Positions 37,330-48,078 are shown, numbered from the stretch's first letter. The stretch is 64,000 bases of DNA from Candidatus Hydrogenedentota bacterium (GCA_963668025.2 CAXXTH010000017.1:1312001-1376000), one strand, 5' to 3'. The notes: generated by a model not told the origin, from the letters alone. Program-made: numbers and translations.

Positions 37330-38724
37330 ATGCAAAACAAAAAGTCGTTAATGGGGCTGTGTCCGATGGGAAAGTTTGTGTTTAGCAACGAGGATGCAAT
37401 CCGCTATAAAAAAATCATCCAGCAAAAACTCACGCAATGGGGCGTCTCCTATGTGGATCTCGAGGGCGTTCTCGAAGATGGCCTGGTGAAGGACCAAAGC
37501 CATGTGGATGCCGCCGTGGCGCATTTCAGCAAGGCGGGCGTGGATTGCGTCTTCATGCCCCACTGCAACTTTGGAACAGAGGGCGCCGTGGGTGTTATCG
37601 CCCGGAAGCTGGGCGTTCCCGTGCTGTTGTGGGGTCCACGGGACGAGGCCCCGCTGCCCGATGGAAAGCGGCTCCGCGATACATTGTGCGGCCTATTCGC
37701 CTCGACTAAGGTGGTGCATAAGCTGGGAATTCCATTCACCTATATTGAAAACTGCTGGGTGGATGACCCCCTCTTTGAGCAAGGCGTTGACACATTCATG
37801 CGCGCCGTAAACGTGGCCAATATATTCCGCAAAGGTTCCAGGATCGCGATGGTGGGCGATCGCATTGATTTCTTCTGGACGACCATCATCAATGAAAGCG
37901 AATTGCTGAACCGTTTCAACATCGAAGTGCTTCCTGTCGATATGGTCGAATTTATCCGGGCGGCTAAGAATAGGGCGAAAGAAGGGCATAGCGGGTACCT
38001 AAAGCAAGTCAAAGAGCTGCGGGCGGCGTATTCCGTGGTAGGCCTTGACGGCAACGATGAACCGCTCGTGAATGTGCTGGCCGTGGCTGATCATCTGAAA
38101 GCGATGGGCAACGATTATGGCCTTGCCGGATTTGCCTTCCGCGGGTTCATGTCGATCATTGATGAAATGGGCGCGTATTGCTGCCACGCGGACAGCCTGG
38201 TCGCGGAAGAATTCGCGTATGGGTATGAATGCGACATCCATGGAGCGCTCAGCGATCTCATCGTGCGGCGCGCCCAATATAACACTCAAGCCGCGTTCCT
38301 GGCGGAATTCACCGTGCGCCATCCCTTAAACGAAAATGCCGCGCTGTTGTGGCATGCGGGCGCGCCTATGTCGATGTGCCATCCGAATGACAAGCCCAAG
38401 CTGGGCCACCACTGGATCTTGCCTAGCCCCTTGTCGGGAATGAATCATTTCCAACTCAAAGACGGCCCCATCACAGTGGCGCGCTTCGATGGCGACCATA
38501 GTTGCTACAAGCTGGCGTTTGGCGAAGGCCACACGGTCGAAGGGCCGTTCACGCTTAACAACTACTGCTGGATGGAAGTAAATGACTGGCCCCGCTGGGA
38601 GCGCACGCTGATGGAAGGCCCCTTCATGCACCACATCGCCATGATTTACGGGCAATGCGCAAACGCATTGGAAGAAGCCTGCAAATATATCCCAGGGCTT
38701 GAGCCGGTCAAACTTGGCGGATAA
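37330..38724 (+). CDS. L-fucose/L-arabinose isomerase family protein
   Basis: HCNFGTE, LLWGPRDE, RDTLCG, ECDIHGA, WHAG, PFMHH; AAAGGAG SD. Confidence 0.85.
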   Translation: MQNKKSLMGLCPMGKFVFSNEDAIRYKKIIQQKLTQWGVSYVDLEGVLEDGLVKDQSHVDAAVAHFSKAGVDCVFMPHCNFGTEGAVGVIARKLGVPVLLWGPRDEAPLPDGKRLRDTLCGLFASTKVVHKLGIPFTYIENCWVDDPLFEQGVDTFMRAVNVANIFRKGSRIAMVGDRIDFFWTTIINESELLNRFNIEVLPVDMVEFIRAAKNRAKEGHSGYLKQVKELRAAYSVVGLDGNDEPLVNVLAVADHLKAMGNDYGLAGFAFRGFMSIIDEMGAYCCHADSLVAEEFAYGYECDIHGALSDLIVRRAQYNTQAAFLAEFTVRHPLNENAALLWHAGAPMSMCHPNDKPKLGHHWILPSPLSGMNHFQLKDGPITVARFDGDHSCYKLAFGEGHTVEGPFTLNNYCWMEVNDWPRWERTLMEGPFMHHIAMIYGQCANALEEACKYIPGLEPVKLGG

Positions 38725-38877
38725 TACAGTCATGTATTTTCACCGTTAGGTGGTTCTTTCACATCATATAATCGCTGAAGAATATGCAAACGAAAGGAGG
38801 AGGTGAAGAAGGGCAAGCAATACGCATTCATAGATGGCGATATTGGGTGTTTTTAATACAGAGAAGGAGCATTCAAA

Positions 38878-39957
38878 ATGCAAAAGAGAGGGTTTACGCT
38901 TATTGAACTGCTGGTCGTAATCGCGATTATTGCGATTCTTGCAGCAATTTTGCTTCCTGCATTAGCCCGGGCGCGCGAAGCCGCACGCCGGGCGTCTTGC
39001 GCAAGCAATCTCAAACAGTTTGGCATCATCTTCAAGATGTACGCCAACGAAGCTAACGGCAAATTCCCGCCCATGGCCAAATACAGGCGGACGGATGCAC
39101 GGAATCAAGGGTGCGGGTATATGCTCGGATTCGATGGCGGGATTCTGTACCCGGATTATTGGAACGATCCCAGCATTGCGCGCTGCCCATCGGATGCCGG
39201 CGGGGATGAAATAGGAGCGTGGTTCAAGATGGAAGAAGACTATCCCGCCATGGTCAAGCGGGTCGCCGAGTCCACTACGGGTACGGCTGAGAATAAAAAA
39301 ATGTGTCTGGAATCGATTCTTTCCGTTCCAATTTCGTATTGCTACAACGGGTATCTCGCCTCCACGGAATCGCAAATCGCTGTCTGGCAATGGACCATGG
39401 CGGTCAACGCGGACGCACAGGCCACGCAGTCACCATGCACCGCGAGGACGTTTAATGTTTATGATGCAAAGCTAGTCGATTCTGCGGCTTGCGGCAACAT
39501 CTACACCTGCACGTGCGATGGCCAGGCCCATCCCGACAGCATGAAGTCGCTGTTTGGAGCCAAGGCATATGACAACGATGGCGTCACCTTGGTGCCCACG
39601 AGCTATCCGATGCTGAGGGAAGGCGTCGAACGCTTCTTGATCACGGATATCAACAATCCTGCCGCGGGTTCAGTCGGCCAGAGCACCATTCCGGTGATGT
39701 GGGATTCGTATGTAAACAGCGTCACGATTAATGCAGCAGGTGGCGGCAGCGATAATGGCGTGATCCGGTTCAACCATGTCCCCGGCGGAAGCAATGTGAT
39801 GTTCATGGATGGACATGTTTCATTTATCCGGCTCAATGGCGGCTCGCCTATCCATTCGGAGTTTGATAAGAAATCCGTCGCGGGCGGTTCTATTGCCTCC
39901 ATAAAAAACCAGAGTTATTGGCAGTGGTCCCTGTCGCTGATGGGCGGCATGGGCTGA
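38878..39957 (+). CDS. DUF1559 prepilin-type protein (copy B)
   Basis: KRG|[41 protein letters not shown]; ends MGGMG like copy A. Confidence 0.95.
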   Translation: MQKRGFTLIELLVVIAIIAILAAILLPALARAREAARRASCASNLKQFGIIFKMYANEANGKFPPMAKYRRTDARNQGCGYMLGFDGGILYPDYWNDPSIARCPSDAGGDEIGAWFKMEEDYPAMVKRVAESTTGTAENKKMCLESILSVPISYCYNGYLASTESQIAVWQWTMAVNADAQATQSPCTARTFNVYDAKLVDSAACGNIYTCTCDGQAHPDSMKSLFGAKAYDNDGVTLVPTSYPMLREGVERFLITDINNPAAGSVGQSTIPVMWDSYVNSVTINAAGGGSDNGVIRFNHVPGGSNVMFMDGHVSFIRLNGGSPIHSEFDKKSVAGGSIASIKNQSYWQWSLSLMGGMG

Positions 39958-39993
39958 CGCCTGGTTTATCACTATACACATGCGTCCCCATGA

Positions 39994-40037
39994 ATGGGCG
40001 GCCTGCCCAGTTCTCCATATACAGGCGGGCCGCCCAT
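39994..40037 (+). terminator. strong hairpin 3' of DUF1559-B (no U-tract)
   Basis: 14-bp stem ATGGGCGGCCTGCC/GGCGGGCCGCCCAT with one G-U pair. Confidence 0.55.
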
Positions 40038-40102
40038 ATTACAGCAGACTTCAAAAAACAATACGTGGCAACCAAACATGATGCGGAGAAAGGGAAGGAC
40101 GC

Positions 40103-42073
40103 ATGAGTATGAGATGTGCTTTCGCGGTGATGCTCAATACGCTACTTATTCAAGCTTACGGTGCGCCAGCTCAAGATTACGCTTTGCCGGAGCACGTCAA
40201 TGATTGGCTTCATCATCCCGTTTATGGCGACCCTTCCTTTGATGCCTTCATCCATTCCAAGAGCAATCCCATCCACACCGGTGCGCCACCCTACGAGTGG
40301 CCGGTGAATGGGTTCTGCTTCGAAGATCCCGTTTCCAAGAATTGGTATTTATATGCGGGGCTGTATGCCGCGGGGTATGCGCTCGATAATGGCAAAGACA
40401 TGATATGCCTGCTATACCGGTCGTCGGACAAGGGGAAATCTTGGGAAAAATTGGGCCCTGTTTTTAGCGATGAGAAGTTCTATGTCACCACCAGCAAGCT
40501 CCCGGTGATCAACGCCCCAGACGTGTCCGTGGTGTATGCCGATGGGCGGTATCATATGGTGTATGACTTTGGGACGGAAAACTCGGAGTTTGATACCGTT
40601 TGGGATCCCAAAGGAGGCGGGGCGGAGAGCGGAGTCGCATATGCGGTGGCGGACAAGCCGGAGGGGCCTTTCCAGCGGATCCCGATGCCAGTATATGCGG
40701 TGAGCACGCAGCAGGCGCTGCTGGGCAAATATAGGCGTGGTTATGCCGCCACGCTGGTGAAGCGTGAGAAGGATTGGATGGTCCTGTTCATGATGGACTC
40801 GAACATCCATTATAGCTGGGGCTTGTTCGGCGTCACCGCTCCGAAGCCGGAAGGCCCATATTCCGCGCCAGTGCCGTTGAAGCTGGTCGAGGGGGATGAC
40901 TATTATCCGCCATTATTGGAGTATTTCCCCGCGTTCGTACATGAGGGATACGTCTATTCACCCGCGACCTCCGTCGCGCTGAACCGCAATTACCAGGCCA
41001 TGCTCAAGGCCCCGCTCGATGAAGCGATGAATCCCGATGCGTGGGAGATTTCGCAAGACGGTTCAGTGTGGCATTCTGATGTTGTTCCAAATGAATATTA
41101 CGGCATATGGGGCCAGACATTTTCTGGCTTCGTGGACGGCGATTCCATGTTGCAAGTGATGTATCCTTCACGCAACGCGGAAGGGATGGGGACGATCAAC
41201 TGGGCGTCGCGCCCCTGGGGCCAGTTGTATCGCGAGAAGGGGTTTGTCTTGACGGCATCCCAAGGCCCGAGCATCGCATTGTTGAAGCAAGGCTTCACCG
41301 CATTCCGCCTGGATGCGGAACTCCAAATATCGGGCGAATGCGCCGTTATATGGGACTACGCGGCGGCGCTCGAGCCGGATAAGCTCAGCGCGGACGCATC
41401 GCTCCATGCCGCTTCACTGTCGCGGTACAGCGGGTTATCCATCAAGGGAGCGCAGTGGAGCATCGGGCAATATGACGCCCAAGGCGCGTACGCGCAACAG
41501 GCCGCAGGCAGCCTATCGGACGCGTTGCCGGCAACGATGAAAATCGAAATCAGCCGGGACGCCGAAGGCGCGGTGCGGGTAGCCATTGGCGGCGAGGAAG
41601 TGTGGAGCGGCTCCATGCACGGTGCGGGCGGGCTAGTGGGCTTACTGGCCCCGGCCCATTCCAACATCACGGCCACCCGGTTCAATGTCGAAGGCGATAG
41701 GATGAACGGCGGTTTATGGCTTGGAGCTGGGGATGCGATTCTAGCGGCGGGCGATGTGCCCGATAAGTGGGAGATGGCGGAAAACGCCGCGTTTCGTTTT
41801 GGGCGTGGAGCGGTTTCCCTTCTGTCCAATTCGCGTGCTAAGTGGAATTTCGTGGGAACGGGATTCGCCGTGAATGCCCCGTCGGGGCCGGAATACGGAA
41901 AAGCACGGGCGTTCCTTAATGGGGAAGACCTTGGAACCGTGGACTTTTATTCCGAACAAGCCCAGCCTTCCCATGTGATTTTGGAACGCAAGCACTTAAA
42001 GAACGACAAAAACGCGCTTGTCCTTAAAGATATCCAAGGCCGGATTCCGCTGGATTGCATCGAAATTTATTGA
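40103..42073 (+). CDS. secreted beta-propeller protein (copy B)
   Basis: Paralogue of 17372..19348; the C-terminal two-thirds is nearly identical. Confidence 0.7.
   Translation: MSMRCAFAVMLNTLLIQAYGAPAQDYALPEHVNDWLHHPVYGDPSFDAFIHSKSNPIHTGAPPYEWPVNGFCFEDPVSKNWYLYAGLYAAGYALDNGKDMICLLYRSSDKGKSWEKLGPVFSDEKFYVTTSKLPVINAPDVSVVYADGRYHMVYDFGTENSEFDTVWDPKGGGAESGVAYAVADKPEGPFQRIPMPVYAVSTQQALLGKYRRGYAATLVKREKDWMVLFMMDSNIHYSWGLFGVTAPKPEGPYSAPVPLKLVEGDDYYPPLLEYFPAFVHEGYVYSPATSVALNRNYQAMLKAPLDEAMNPDAWEISQDGSVWHSDVVPNEYYGIWGQTFSGFVDGDSMLQVMYPSRNAEGMGTINWASRPWGQLYREKGFVLTASQGPSIALLKQGFTAFRLDAELQISGECAVIWDYAAALEPDKLSADASLHAASLSRYSGLSIKGAQWSIGQYDAQGAYAQQAAGSLSDALPATMKIEISRDAEGAVRVAIGGEEVWSGSMHGAGGLVGLLAPAHSNITATRFNVEGDRMNGGLWLGAGDAILAAGDVPDKWEMAENAAFRFGRGAVSLLSNSRAKWNFVGTGFAVNAPSGPEYGKARAFLNGEDLGTVDFYSEQAQPSHVILERKHLKNDKNALVLKDIQGRIPLDCIEIY
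40757..42070 (+). repeat. ~1.3-kb near-identical direct repeat, copy 2
   Basis: Matches 18029..19342. Confidence 0.9.
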
Positions 42074-42135
42074 CGCCAAAACGTAGGTATTCCTGATGTA
42101 AATCGCTCATTCATAACTTGAAAGAATCAAGAGAA

Positions 42136-43200
42136 ATGGGGGCTATTTTGCCAGCGGAATCATCCACGGAAGACTGCATCCGTAAACGGCTGCATGATGC
42201 GAGTGAAGGGCAGCCCATTACAGCGCCGGTTTTTGCTGTATATGATTGGTTTGTGGAGCATCGCTCGATAGATTGGCCGTCTCTTTTCGCACTCGGCTTA
42301 GGGCAGATCATGCATGCCGATGTGATCAAGTATGAGCGCCCCCATTTGCGGATAGAAGAAAAGCGCTCCATGGCCAGCGGTGTGGAACGCCGGGATGTCT
42401 GGTGGATTACCGATATCGGAAAACTGCATGAGTATTATATCGGGGAATGGCGGCAGGAACACCTGATAAAAGAGCCACGCGACTACGCCATTCTTCAGCG
42501 CGCCTTAACCGGAGCCGTGATTACTGCCAGCATGGAACAGTTTTTGCGGAAGGACTCGGTTGCTGGCGGCAACGGAATAACGATTGCCCAGCTCGATAGG
42601 ACTCCCCTTCAGCAAATCCAGATTGATTATGCGGGGCTCGAACATTTCTCCATGGACCTGGCCGTCGAGCAGCCAGAACTTATGGAGCTCCTCGAGCTCA
42701 TGAACGAACAAAAACTAGAAGAATTCCGCGTAGTCAAAAAACTCCCGATAGAACACATTAAGCTATGGGAAAATCTTTCCATCGAAACGATAGGCCCGCT
42801 CCGGTATCGCCAGCATTTAGTCCCCATATACGAGAAAATACTGGATGTGCTCGAAGGTTCAGGTAAAAAGCTTCAAGTCCACTACGATGGAAAACTGCAA
42901 GATATTTCGGCCGATATCGCTCGTTTGCGGTTTGACGGAATTGATTCCTTAACGCCTGCGCCCGAGGGCGACATGCCGATTGCCGAAGCCCGCCGCCTTT
43001 GGCCGGGAAAATTTCTATGGCTGCACCCGTCATTGTCCTATTACCATAAGGAAAAAAGTGAACTCCAGCATACCTTTCGTGAAATGGTTCGCCAGGCCGG
43101 ACCCTCCCGGTATTGCATGATGATTAGCGAAGATGTCCCGCCTAATTGGGAGCAGACCGTTCCGTGGATTTTGGAAGCGCTGAACAGCGCCAATGGGTGA
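42136..43200 (+). CDS. uroporphyrinogen decarboxylase/MtaA-CmuA-like TIM-barrel protein (start uncertain)
   Basis: EHLIKEPRDY, RTPLQ, ENLS, VHYDG, GIDSLTPAPEGD, SEDVP pattern of URO-D-like proteins. Confidence 0.7.
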   Translation: MGAILPAESSTEDCIRKRLHDASEGQPITAPVFAVYDWFVEHRSIDWPSLFALGLGQIMHADVIKYERPHLRIEEKRSMASGVERRDVWWITDIGKLHEYYIGEWRQEHLIKEPRDYAILQRALTGAVITASMEQFLRKDSVAGGNGITIAQLDRTPLQQIQIDYAGLEHFSMDLAVEQPELMELLELMNEQKLEEFRVVKKLPIEHIKLWENLSIETIGPLRYRQHLVPIYEKILDVLEGSGKKLQVHYDGKLQDISADIARLRFDGIDSLTPAPEGDMPIAEARRLWPGKFLWLHPSLSYYHKEKSELQHTFREMVRQAGPSRYCMMISEDVPPNWEQTVPWILEALNSANG

Positions 43201-43266
43201 AAACCAGCGAAGGCCTCAAAAGAATTTTGAACATATAGCCGCTAAAAAAGCCGAGGGTCTCAAAGC

Positions 43267-44685
43267 ATGAAATCAAATGCGCAAGTTGAGCAAGCGGGCG
43301 AGTGGTATTTGTACTTTGTTTCCATTACCGCTGCGGTCGGGGGATTTCTCTTCGGTTATGATTTAAATATCATTACAGGAGCAATGCTCTATTTAAGGGA
43401 TTATTTCGGCATAGAGAGCGCCGGATTGGGCTTGCTCACGAGCAGCGCGATCTTCGGCTGCATTTTTGGCCCTATTTTGGCGGTATGGATGGCGGACGCC
43501 CTTGGCCGCCGCAATTCCTTGTATGTGGCTGCGATTCTATTTTTCATTTCCGCGGTCTGGAGTGCCCTAGCAACGACCATCCCCACGTTCAACATCGCAC
43601 GGGCAATTGGCGGCGTGGGAGTCGGCATCGCCACGGGCATCTCGCCGATGTACATCGCGGAGATATCGCCTGCACGCCTGCGCGGCAGAATGGTCACGGT
43701 GAATCAGCTATCCATCGTGGCCGGCATCGTGCTTTCCGTGGTGGTGGCGTTATGGCTGTCCTATGGCGCGCATTGGCGCTGGATGTTTGCCTCCGAATGC
43801 GTTCCGATAGTGATTCTGATGATAGGTTTGATGTTTGTTCCGCGCAGTCCCCGCTGGCTGGCATCCAAGAACAAATATCAAGAGGCCCTGGAAATCTTGA
43901 CGCGCATCAACGGCGCGGAGAAGGCTGCACAGGAACTGGAAGAAATCAAGATCGAGTTACGGCAAGAAACAGGGAGCTTTAGCGAATTGTTGCAGCCCGG
44001 AATTCGTAATGCGTTGGCGGCCGCCTGCATCCTAATGATTTTCTCTCAAGTAAACGGCGTCAACATGATGCTCCTTTATGCCTCCAAAATACTCGTGGAA
44101 GCAGGCGTGGGAAGAGCGGCTGTGGAAGCCGGTGCCGAGAGCGTGCCAAACGCCCTGTTAAATTCCCTGTACGTGTATTTCCTCATTCTCTTCTGCACCA
44201 TCATCGCATTTTGGCTCGTTGCACGGTTCAGCCGCCGCCGGATCATCATGGTGGGCACTACCGGCATGGCGTTAGGGCACGTAATCATCGCGTATGCCTT
44301 CTCTCACAACTCTTCTCCTTACGTGGCCTTACTCGCCATGTTGATTTCCACGGGCTCATTCACGCTTACCTTGGCCCCGTTAAGCTGGGTAATTGTATCG
44401 GAGTTTTTCCCGAACCGTATACGCGGTAAGTGCATTGGCATCGTGACTTTTTGCTTATTCACTTCCTCGTTTTTCTGTGCATGGGCGTTCCCGAACCTTA
44501 CCGCTTTTTTCGAACATCGGTTTGGTACTCAATCTGGTGCGTATCTGGTGTTCGCCTGCATCTGCATGGCCTGCGTGGGATTTGTCTGGAAGTATATCCC
44601 AGAAACCAAGGATCTCCGGCTCGAGGAAATAGGTGAATTTTGGCTGAACAGAGGCCGCCTTGCCATGCACAAACGGGAAAACTGA
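43267..44685 (+). CDS. MFS sugar porter, copy B
   Basis: Paralogue of 24109..25500 with the same signature motifs and a short insertion (GRAAVEAGAES). Confidence 0.95.
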   Translation: MKSNAQVEQAGEWYLYFVSITAAVGGFLFGYDLNIITGAMLYLRDYFGIESAGLGLLTSSAIFGCIFGPILAVWMADALGRRNSLYVAAILFFISAVWSALATTIPTFNIARAIGGVGVGIATGISPMYIAEISPARLRGRMVTVNQLSIVAGIVLSVVVALWLSYGAHWRWMFASECVPIVILMIGLMFVPRSPRWLASKNKYQEALEILTRINGAEKAAQELEEIKIELRQETGSFSELLQPGIRNALAAACILMIFSQVNGVNMMLLYASKILVEAGVGRAAVEAGAESVPNALLNSLYVYFLILFCTIIAFWLVARFSRRRIIMVGTTGMALGHVIIAYAFSHNSSPYVALLAMLISTGSFTLTLAPLSWVIVSEFFPNRIRGKCIGIVTFCLFTSSFFCAWAFPNLTAFFEHRFGTQSGAYLVFACICMACVGFVWKYIPETKDLRLEEIGEFWLNRGRLAMHKREN

Positions 44686-44742
44686 TTTAATCCAAGTTCA
44701 CATACTTTGCTGATATGTACCAAAACATGAGGAGATAGAAAC

Positions 44743-47700
44743 ATGAAGCTTATGTGGGCCCCACTTTTAGTTATACTGTGTAGCGTGGCGATTTGTAGCT
44801 ATGCAACGGATGAAGGCAAAGAGATGAACCCGAAACCTGGATACCGCCAATCAATACCGTTCGAAAACCTAAGCGCGCAATTCAAACAGCCAGATATGAT
44901 TTATGCGCCCTATGAGTTCTGGTTTTATGATGCGCCGCTTGACCCCGAGTTGGCCCGGAAAATGGCGGGTGTGATATCCGGTAAACGGTTTAATCCTGGT
45001 TATGCCCACGCACGCAGTTCAGGCGCGGAAGCGTATTGCAAACCCCTTGATCATCCCATTCCGGGAAAGACCCTGAGCCTGTTGCCTCATGATCAATGGC
45101 TGTCGCCGTTGTGGTTTGAGACCCTTGGCGCCGCATTGGACGAGAGTGGTAAAAATGGCGCGAAAATGGGATTCTGCGACGATTATTGGTGGCCCATGGG
45201 GCGCGCGGATGGAAAAGTGCTCGCCAAATTCCCGGAACTGAAAGCCGTATCACTCGGATGGGACACCATGGAGGTTCCCGCTGCCCAAACGATACACGTG
45301 CCGGAATCCTTTTTTGTTGTGGCTGCCCGCCTCGCCACGGGCGAACCGGCGGCAGAGAATGCCCAGGTGCGCATCGAGAGCAAAACTTTGGATGTGATCG
45401 GCTCGGGGCAGCCTTTTGACTGGACAGCGCCAGATGGAGCATGGCGGCTGTATGTGTTTTACAAGATCCACCAGCCTGGCCTGGATCGCGGCGATGTCAA
45501 TTATCTCGACCGCCGCTTGGCCCAGGCCTACATCGATATTGCATATGAACCATATAAACCGCACTTCAAGGACCAATTTGGCAAGTCCATGTCGGGGGTG
45601 TTCTGCGACCATGAAGGCTCCTTAGGATTCAAGCTGGCATGGTCCGAAGATTTTGAGGCCGTATACCAGAAGAAAACCGGCATGGAATTGAAGGCATGGC
45701 TGCCCCTGCTTTTTGAAGAAGACGTGGAGGGGCAATATGTTAAAGCCCGCTGGAACTGGTATGACGCCGCTTCCGACTTGTATGCGGAATGCTTCTTCAC
45801 GCCACTCAACCGCTGGTGCGAAGAACAAGGCATGTACTTCACGGGCCACACATGGGAGTCTCCGTTGTCATTGCAAGCGGCGGCGGATGGTGATTTCTTC
45901 AAGATCCAGCGCACGTTTTCCATTCCAGGCCAGGACTGCCTTGGTTCAGGCGGATTGAATGTGCGTGATTTCAAGGAAACGCAATCGGTTTGTGAATTCG
46001 ATGGAAAAAGGTTCATGTCCGAGATCATGGGATTGGCGGGCTGGCACCAGTCTCCTGCCCTGATGAAACAAATCGTCAACGCCATTACCGCGTGGGGCGT
46101 AAGCCATGTCATTCCTCATGGCGTATTTCTAGACCGCGAACTGAATTCGATTCCTTTCCCTTGCGACTGGTACGATGAAAATCCCTTCTGGGACCATATG
46201 GATATATGGACGGACTACGTGCGGCGGGCTAGTTTCATGAATTCCTGTGGCCAACTAGTTCCCGATGTGCTGCTGGTGAATCCCATGGACAGCATATGGG
46301 TCAATACCTGCCCCGCGACGTTCGATCCTAAAATGACCAACCTCGATGTCCCCGTGCTGTTTATGGATGTGGATAACTGGACCACGGACGAGGTCAAACA
46401 GATTGACAAAGTCTATGCCGATGCGATCAGCACGCTAACCCAATCGCGGACGGAGTATCTCATCGCGGACCGCTATTACATCGAGCAGATGCAAGCCAGC
46501 GGAAGCGGTGCATTAACGCGAGACGAGTTCTCTTTTAAGGTGGTGGTGCTGCCTCGCCTAACGGTATTGCCGCTGAAAGTAGCCGAAAAACTACTGGCCT
46601 TTGCGGAATCCGGCGGCCTGCTGGCATACCTGCATGAACTGCCCAAAGGCTCGACTGACAACGGGATGAATGATCCAGCGATGAACCAAATAATCGATAA
46701 GCTCAAGCAGATGCCGAATGTGAAACACTCGACGCTCGAGGAGCTGCCCCAATTGATCAGCCTGACAGCCCCTCCCCAAGTGGCCTTCGTGAAGGGTGAA
46801 TTCCCCATACTCCAATCGCACCGCCGCATTGACGGCCGGGATTTCATATGGCTGGCGAACAATTCCGAGGAAGCGAAAAGCTGCCGGTTGCGCATTCGCG
46901 ATCTCCATGGGCAGTGCGCGATATGGGACTGTGAGAATGGCGAAGTACGGCCGGTTCCATCCGAAAACGCACCGGACGGCGGCGTTTTCGTTGATCTTAC
47001 GTTCGAGCCTTGTGAAGCATTCTGGCTGGCCATCGATGCCGCCAAAGAACCGATTGCGGCCAATCCCACCGCTTCGAGCGCGCCTAACGAGCACATCACC
47101 GCGCTGGATGGCCCTTGGCGTGTCCATATTGATCGGGCTTGCCAGAATCCATTAATACCCGAATCCCTTCCTTTCTACTGTGTCGATTGGACGGCTTCCT
47201 GGCTGGATGTCTCCCAGGATCGGTATGTACGCTATTCGTTCACATTGCCCGACAACCCGGTTGCTGGCAGCCTGATGATCACCGCAGATGACAATTTCCT
47301 TCTCTGGGTCAATGGCAATCCAGTCAAGAGCCGCTTCACCGACGATATATGGAGCCAAGTATCCATTTATGACATTAATCAATATCTGCATGCAGGCAAG
47401 AATGTCATCGCGGTGGATGGGCAGAAGAGCCGTGGATTGATATTCCAAGGCTCCGCCCAGTTTACAGATAAACGAACGGTGGCTTTCCAAAGCGGAGCCA
47501 CTGCGCAATGCGCGCGCGATGAATCGGCGGACTGGTTCATGCCTCGTTTCGATTCAAGTCAATGGAAACCGGTTGTCGTGCTGGGTGTTCCGCCTGTCGA
47601 GCCTTGGATTGATGTGCCCGCGCCCTTCCTTGCTTCCGGCGGGGTTGAAAAGGCGTTAGCGCCCTGGAGTGAATGGGGCCTTGGCGGCTTCAGCGGCTTT

Positions 47701-48033
47701 GTCGATTATGAAAAGGAATTCACGCTGGATGAAGCCACGGGCAACGAAATGCTTGACCTAGGCAAGGTCAAATACATGGCTGAAGTATGGGTCAATGGCG
47801 AACCGGCAGGCCGCCGTTTCTGGCCGCCGCACAAATTTTCGATAGGGCATGCCCTCAAAAAAGGCCCGAACACCGTCCGTATCCGCGTGGGAAATCTACT
47901 TGCGAATGTCATGAATGAGTTTGACAAGCGTGGCAAGTTCCGCATGACATTTGGCATGGAGCGTCCCACGCCAGAACAACTCGAATCGGGATTGTTCGGG
48001 CCCGTGAGAATTGTTGAAAAACCGAATGCCTAG
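44743..48033 (+). CDS. secreted GH106-like (alpha-L-rhamnosidase-like) glycoside hydrolase with GH2-type sugar-binding domain
   Basis: Signal peptide, CDDYWWPMG, FCDHE, MSEIMG, ITADDNF rhamnosidase N-domain, LDLGKVKYMAEVWVNG, SGLFGPV C-terminus. Confidence 0.75.
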   Translation: MKLMWAPLLVILCSVAICSYATDEGKEMNPKPGYRQSIPFENLSAQFKQPDMIYAPYEFWFYDAPLDPELARKMAGVISGKRFNPGYAHARSSGAEAYCKPLDHPIPGKTLSLLPHDQWLSPLWFETLGAALDESGKNGAKMGFCDDYWWPMGRADGKVLAKFPELKAVSLGWDTMEVPAAQTIHVPESFFVVAARLATGEPAAENAQVRIESKTLDVIGSGQPFDWTAPDGAWRLYVFYKIHQPGLDRGDVNYLDRRLAQAYIDIAYEPYKPHFKDQFGKSMSGVFCDHEGSLGFKLAWSEDFEAVYQKKTGMELKAWLPLLFEEDVEGQYVKARWNWYDAASDLYAECFFTPLNRWCEEQGMYFTGHTWESPLSLQAAADGDFFKIQRTFSIPGQDCLGSGGLNVRDFKETQSVCEFDGKRFMSEIMGLAGWHQSPALMKQIVNAITAWGVSHVIPHGVFLDRELNSIPFPCDWYDENPFWDHMDIWTDYVRRASFMNSCGQLVPDVLLVNPMDSIWVNTCPATFDPKMTNLDVPVLFMDVDNWTTDEVKQIDKVYADAISTLTQSRTEYLIADRYYIEQMQASGSGALTRDEFSFKVVVLPRLTVLPLKVAEKLLAFAESGGLLAYLHELPKGSTDNGMNDPAMNQIIDKLKQMPNVKHSTLEELPQLISLTAPPQVAFVKGEFPILQSHRRIDGRDFIWLANNSEEAKSCRLRIRDLHGQCAIWDCENGEVRPVPSENAPDGGVFVDLTFEPCEAFWLAIDAAKEPIAANPTASSAPNEHITALDGPWRVHIDRACQNPLIPESLPFYCVDWTASWLDVSQDRYVRYSFTLPDNPVAGSLMITADDNFLLWVNGNPVKSRFTDDIWSQVSIYDINQYLHAGKNVIAVDGQKSRGLIFQGSAQFTDKRTVAFQSGATAQCARDESADWFMPRFDSSQWKPVVVLGVPPVEPWIDVPAPFLASGGVEKALAPWSEWGLGGFSGFVDYEKEFTLDEATGNEMLDLGKVKYMAEVWVNGEPAGRRFWPPHKFSIGHALKKGPNTVRIRVGNLLANVMNEFDKRGKFRMTFGMERPTPEQLESGLFGPVRIVEKPNA

Positions 48034-48078
48034 CAGGATGATTTGTTAGCCAGGCAAGCCAGCGGAGTGTGTTAATCG

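Noticed and set aside
25579-38724. Assignment to sulfoglycolysis (sulfo-TAL) or canonical myo-inositol catabolism
   Set aside because: No GH31 sulfoquinovosidase, and the aldehyde dehydrogenase is the CoA-acylating MmsA type; iolB/C/D/E are absent.
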